A stretch of 58,207 bases of DNA. It comes from a virus. Its lineage: Duplodnaviria; Caudoviricetes. A program made the translations under genes and the position numbers. The stretch is from positions 1 through 58,207 of the IMG/VR virus record IMGVR_UViG_3300021966_000003. The stretch is one strand, 5' to 3'. Under the pieces are notes generated by a model. That model was given only the letters and a program-made list of their open reading frames with translations, had not been told where the DNA came from and searched no databases. Each line of letters begins with the position of its first letter. Positions within the stretch are counted from its first letter, which is position 1. Below, piece by piece: positions 57,701 through 58,207 of the stretch.

Positions 57701-58205
57701 CCCTTACACCGACGCCGTTTGCACCATAACCATTTGCAAGTGATTTAGAATTTAGGTAAAGGTTTCGACCACCTATCTTCAAGTTGTTAAAATCAACGCT
57801 TGAAACCTTGCTAGAAATTGCATCAGCAGTTTGTGTTTTGTACGTGTTAAAATCACTAGACGCAACCTTGCTAGATATTGCATCAGCAGTCTGTGATACG
57901 TACGTGTTAAAGTCCTTGGTGGCTACTTTGCTTGAAATCAAATCAGCAGTTTGTGTCTTGTAAGTTGAAAAGTCACCATTATCAACCTTAGATGCAATCT
58001 GGCTAGCTGTTTGTTGCTTGTCAGAGGAATAGGCTGAGTTAGATACTTTACTATCAATCATGCCACTTAACTGAGTTATCTGTGACTGATTAGCTAGGTC
58101 CTCTGGTGCTTGTGAATACGGAGTCGGGTTTCCTAGTTCTACTTTAGGAAGTCTTACAAATGCCTCAACGGGGCTGTTATCATCATCATATATCGTGAAG
58201 GTGTT
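54699..58205 (-). CDS. Tail fibre/host-specificity protein, 5' end beyond window
   Basis: Frame open to the window edge; 22-aa repeats, GGRNL...ExGN..TDW.P.PED-bounded modules, C-terminal chaperone-like domain. Confidence 0.88.
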   Translation of the reverse strand, partial: NTFTIYDDDNSPVEAFVRLPKVELGNPTPYSQAPEDLANQSQITQLSGMIDSKVSNSAYSSDKQQTASQIASKVDNGDFSTYKTQTADLISSKVATKDFNTYVSQTADAISSKVASSDFNTYKTQTADAISSKVSSVDFNNLKIGGRNLYLNSKSLANGYGANGVGVRVTVEPFDSATNMWHIVAPQGASGLVGIYFSGYANEKLPDTSDWSYSADVKGTGKIAKFGIEWGGRNTVVGTVGSEWSRISQTGHFDNAEIKTIIMYFDATKSPLDVYIKLPKLETGNMPTDWTPAPEDQATQSQITQLSGDIEQKVSSSDFNTYKTQTANLIAEKVANKDFTTYQKQTSDLISSKVATKDFSAYQDTTAKAISSKVESSAFNTYKTQTADTISQTVTSAISNISIGGTNLIANSANDLILDATINKNDNWRFSNIYNGLIAGQQYTFSSDVMVNTGNVAQIRVRTINDGLNSNGPDAIVDIVNGHISWTFTAVQDKPRLLVYAGVDSKTAGNKVTFHHYQLEKGNKSTDWAPNPADNATQSQFTQIIDDMNLRVKKGELVDQINLQAGNTLISSSGQLTLSGKNIYFDSTNPVIIPSANIDKLLVDKKLTAADISANTFSTNNGTFTVDKYGAVVASNLTVRGVTNLVYNAALLGGSGSSIPGWGISNNGYCVLNATHDGVPSIGFNNATGAGVWNIFAQTKLYPLNGTTGQPFSASVWFLELGSDTSLQYQFTLAFFDSNGTRINGGSVSQIWNGVGSKQNWRYVAVNNAVAPSNAVSVGLQYWSYNGHGHAFFSSPMLTQTSQSTGYMPDTGNVVSAGEIDGSVINGSTINGTTINGGTISTVAANTAKLYPMTIAPNGTTTSNTFSATAGSQTKISGGSVDTKFRSYTGSSAGYEAYDISLSGSGQIFKAGFTTAYDGTFSQTLGASSSTGVTDFLSIDPYTGITLWGAHQGIQFHGLSSTGTAVSFDSYGNLYGDPASTWWRINQNGGSLSVADFGTDTAGANGILLHRDLFVGNIGVNRGHTISSADGATLNIAKGDGGRANLNVGTLSYTALSNASLLSVKKDTKPADTAYWSQLINSVDLATYQYNTDDFTNQVRLSGIVDDINENKQWTLPNEFISRDDTGAFEGIDQTIMINALLGTVQEQQKQISALNMHLLQMEAKLNG

Positions 58206-58207
58206 GC

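Noticed and set aside
57000-58060. Diversity-generating retroelement or CRISPR-like repeats
   Set aside because: Repeats are in-frame protein repeats; no reverse transcriptase in the window

Overview
A 58 kb piece of an AT-rich tailed phage genome. The host is probably a lactobacillus, judging by the Apf-type LysM protein, GH25 endolysin, LL-H-type holin and deoxyribosyltransferase. There are three transcription blocks. (1) 1-17490, minus strand: an early-type cassette with one sigma70 promoter per small gene (1-1540), a repeat-rich non-coding stretch (1540-2390), then dozens of small accessory ORFs, thymidine kinase and HNH endonucleases, several broken by single stops or a frameshift. (2) 18460-50150, plus strand: an SPbeta-like replication module (SSB-like, AAA ATPase, DnaB, primase, RecJ, DnaE), nucleotide salvage genes (Pnu transporter, dNK, NDT, NrdH), RNA ligase, Pnk-HD, an orphan MazF and further HNHs. 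(3) 50200-58207, minus strand: tyrosine recombinase, lysis cassette and the 3' part of a modular tail fibre. The most striking unexplained element is a promoter-driven, ORF-free, densely base-paired segment of about 610 nt (17661-18271) at the strand divergence point. It is a candidate large structured ncRNA (ROOL/GOLLD-like or new), flanked by two unannotated basic micro-ORFs and an AT-rich palindromic tract. All calls come from reading the sequence by eye; no searches or folding programs were run.
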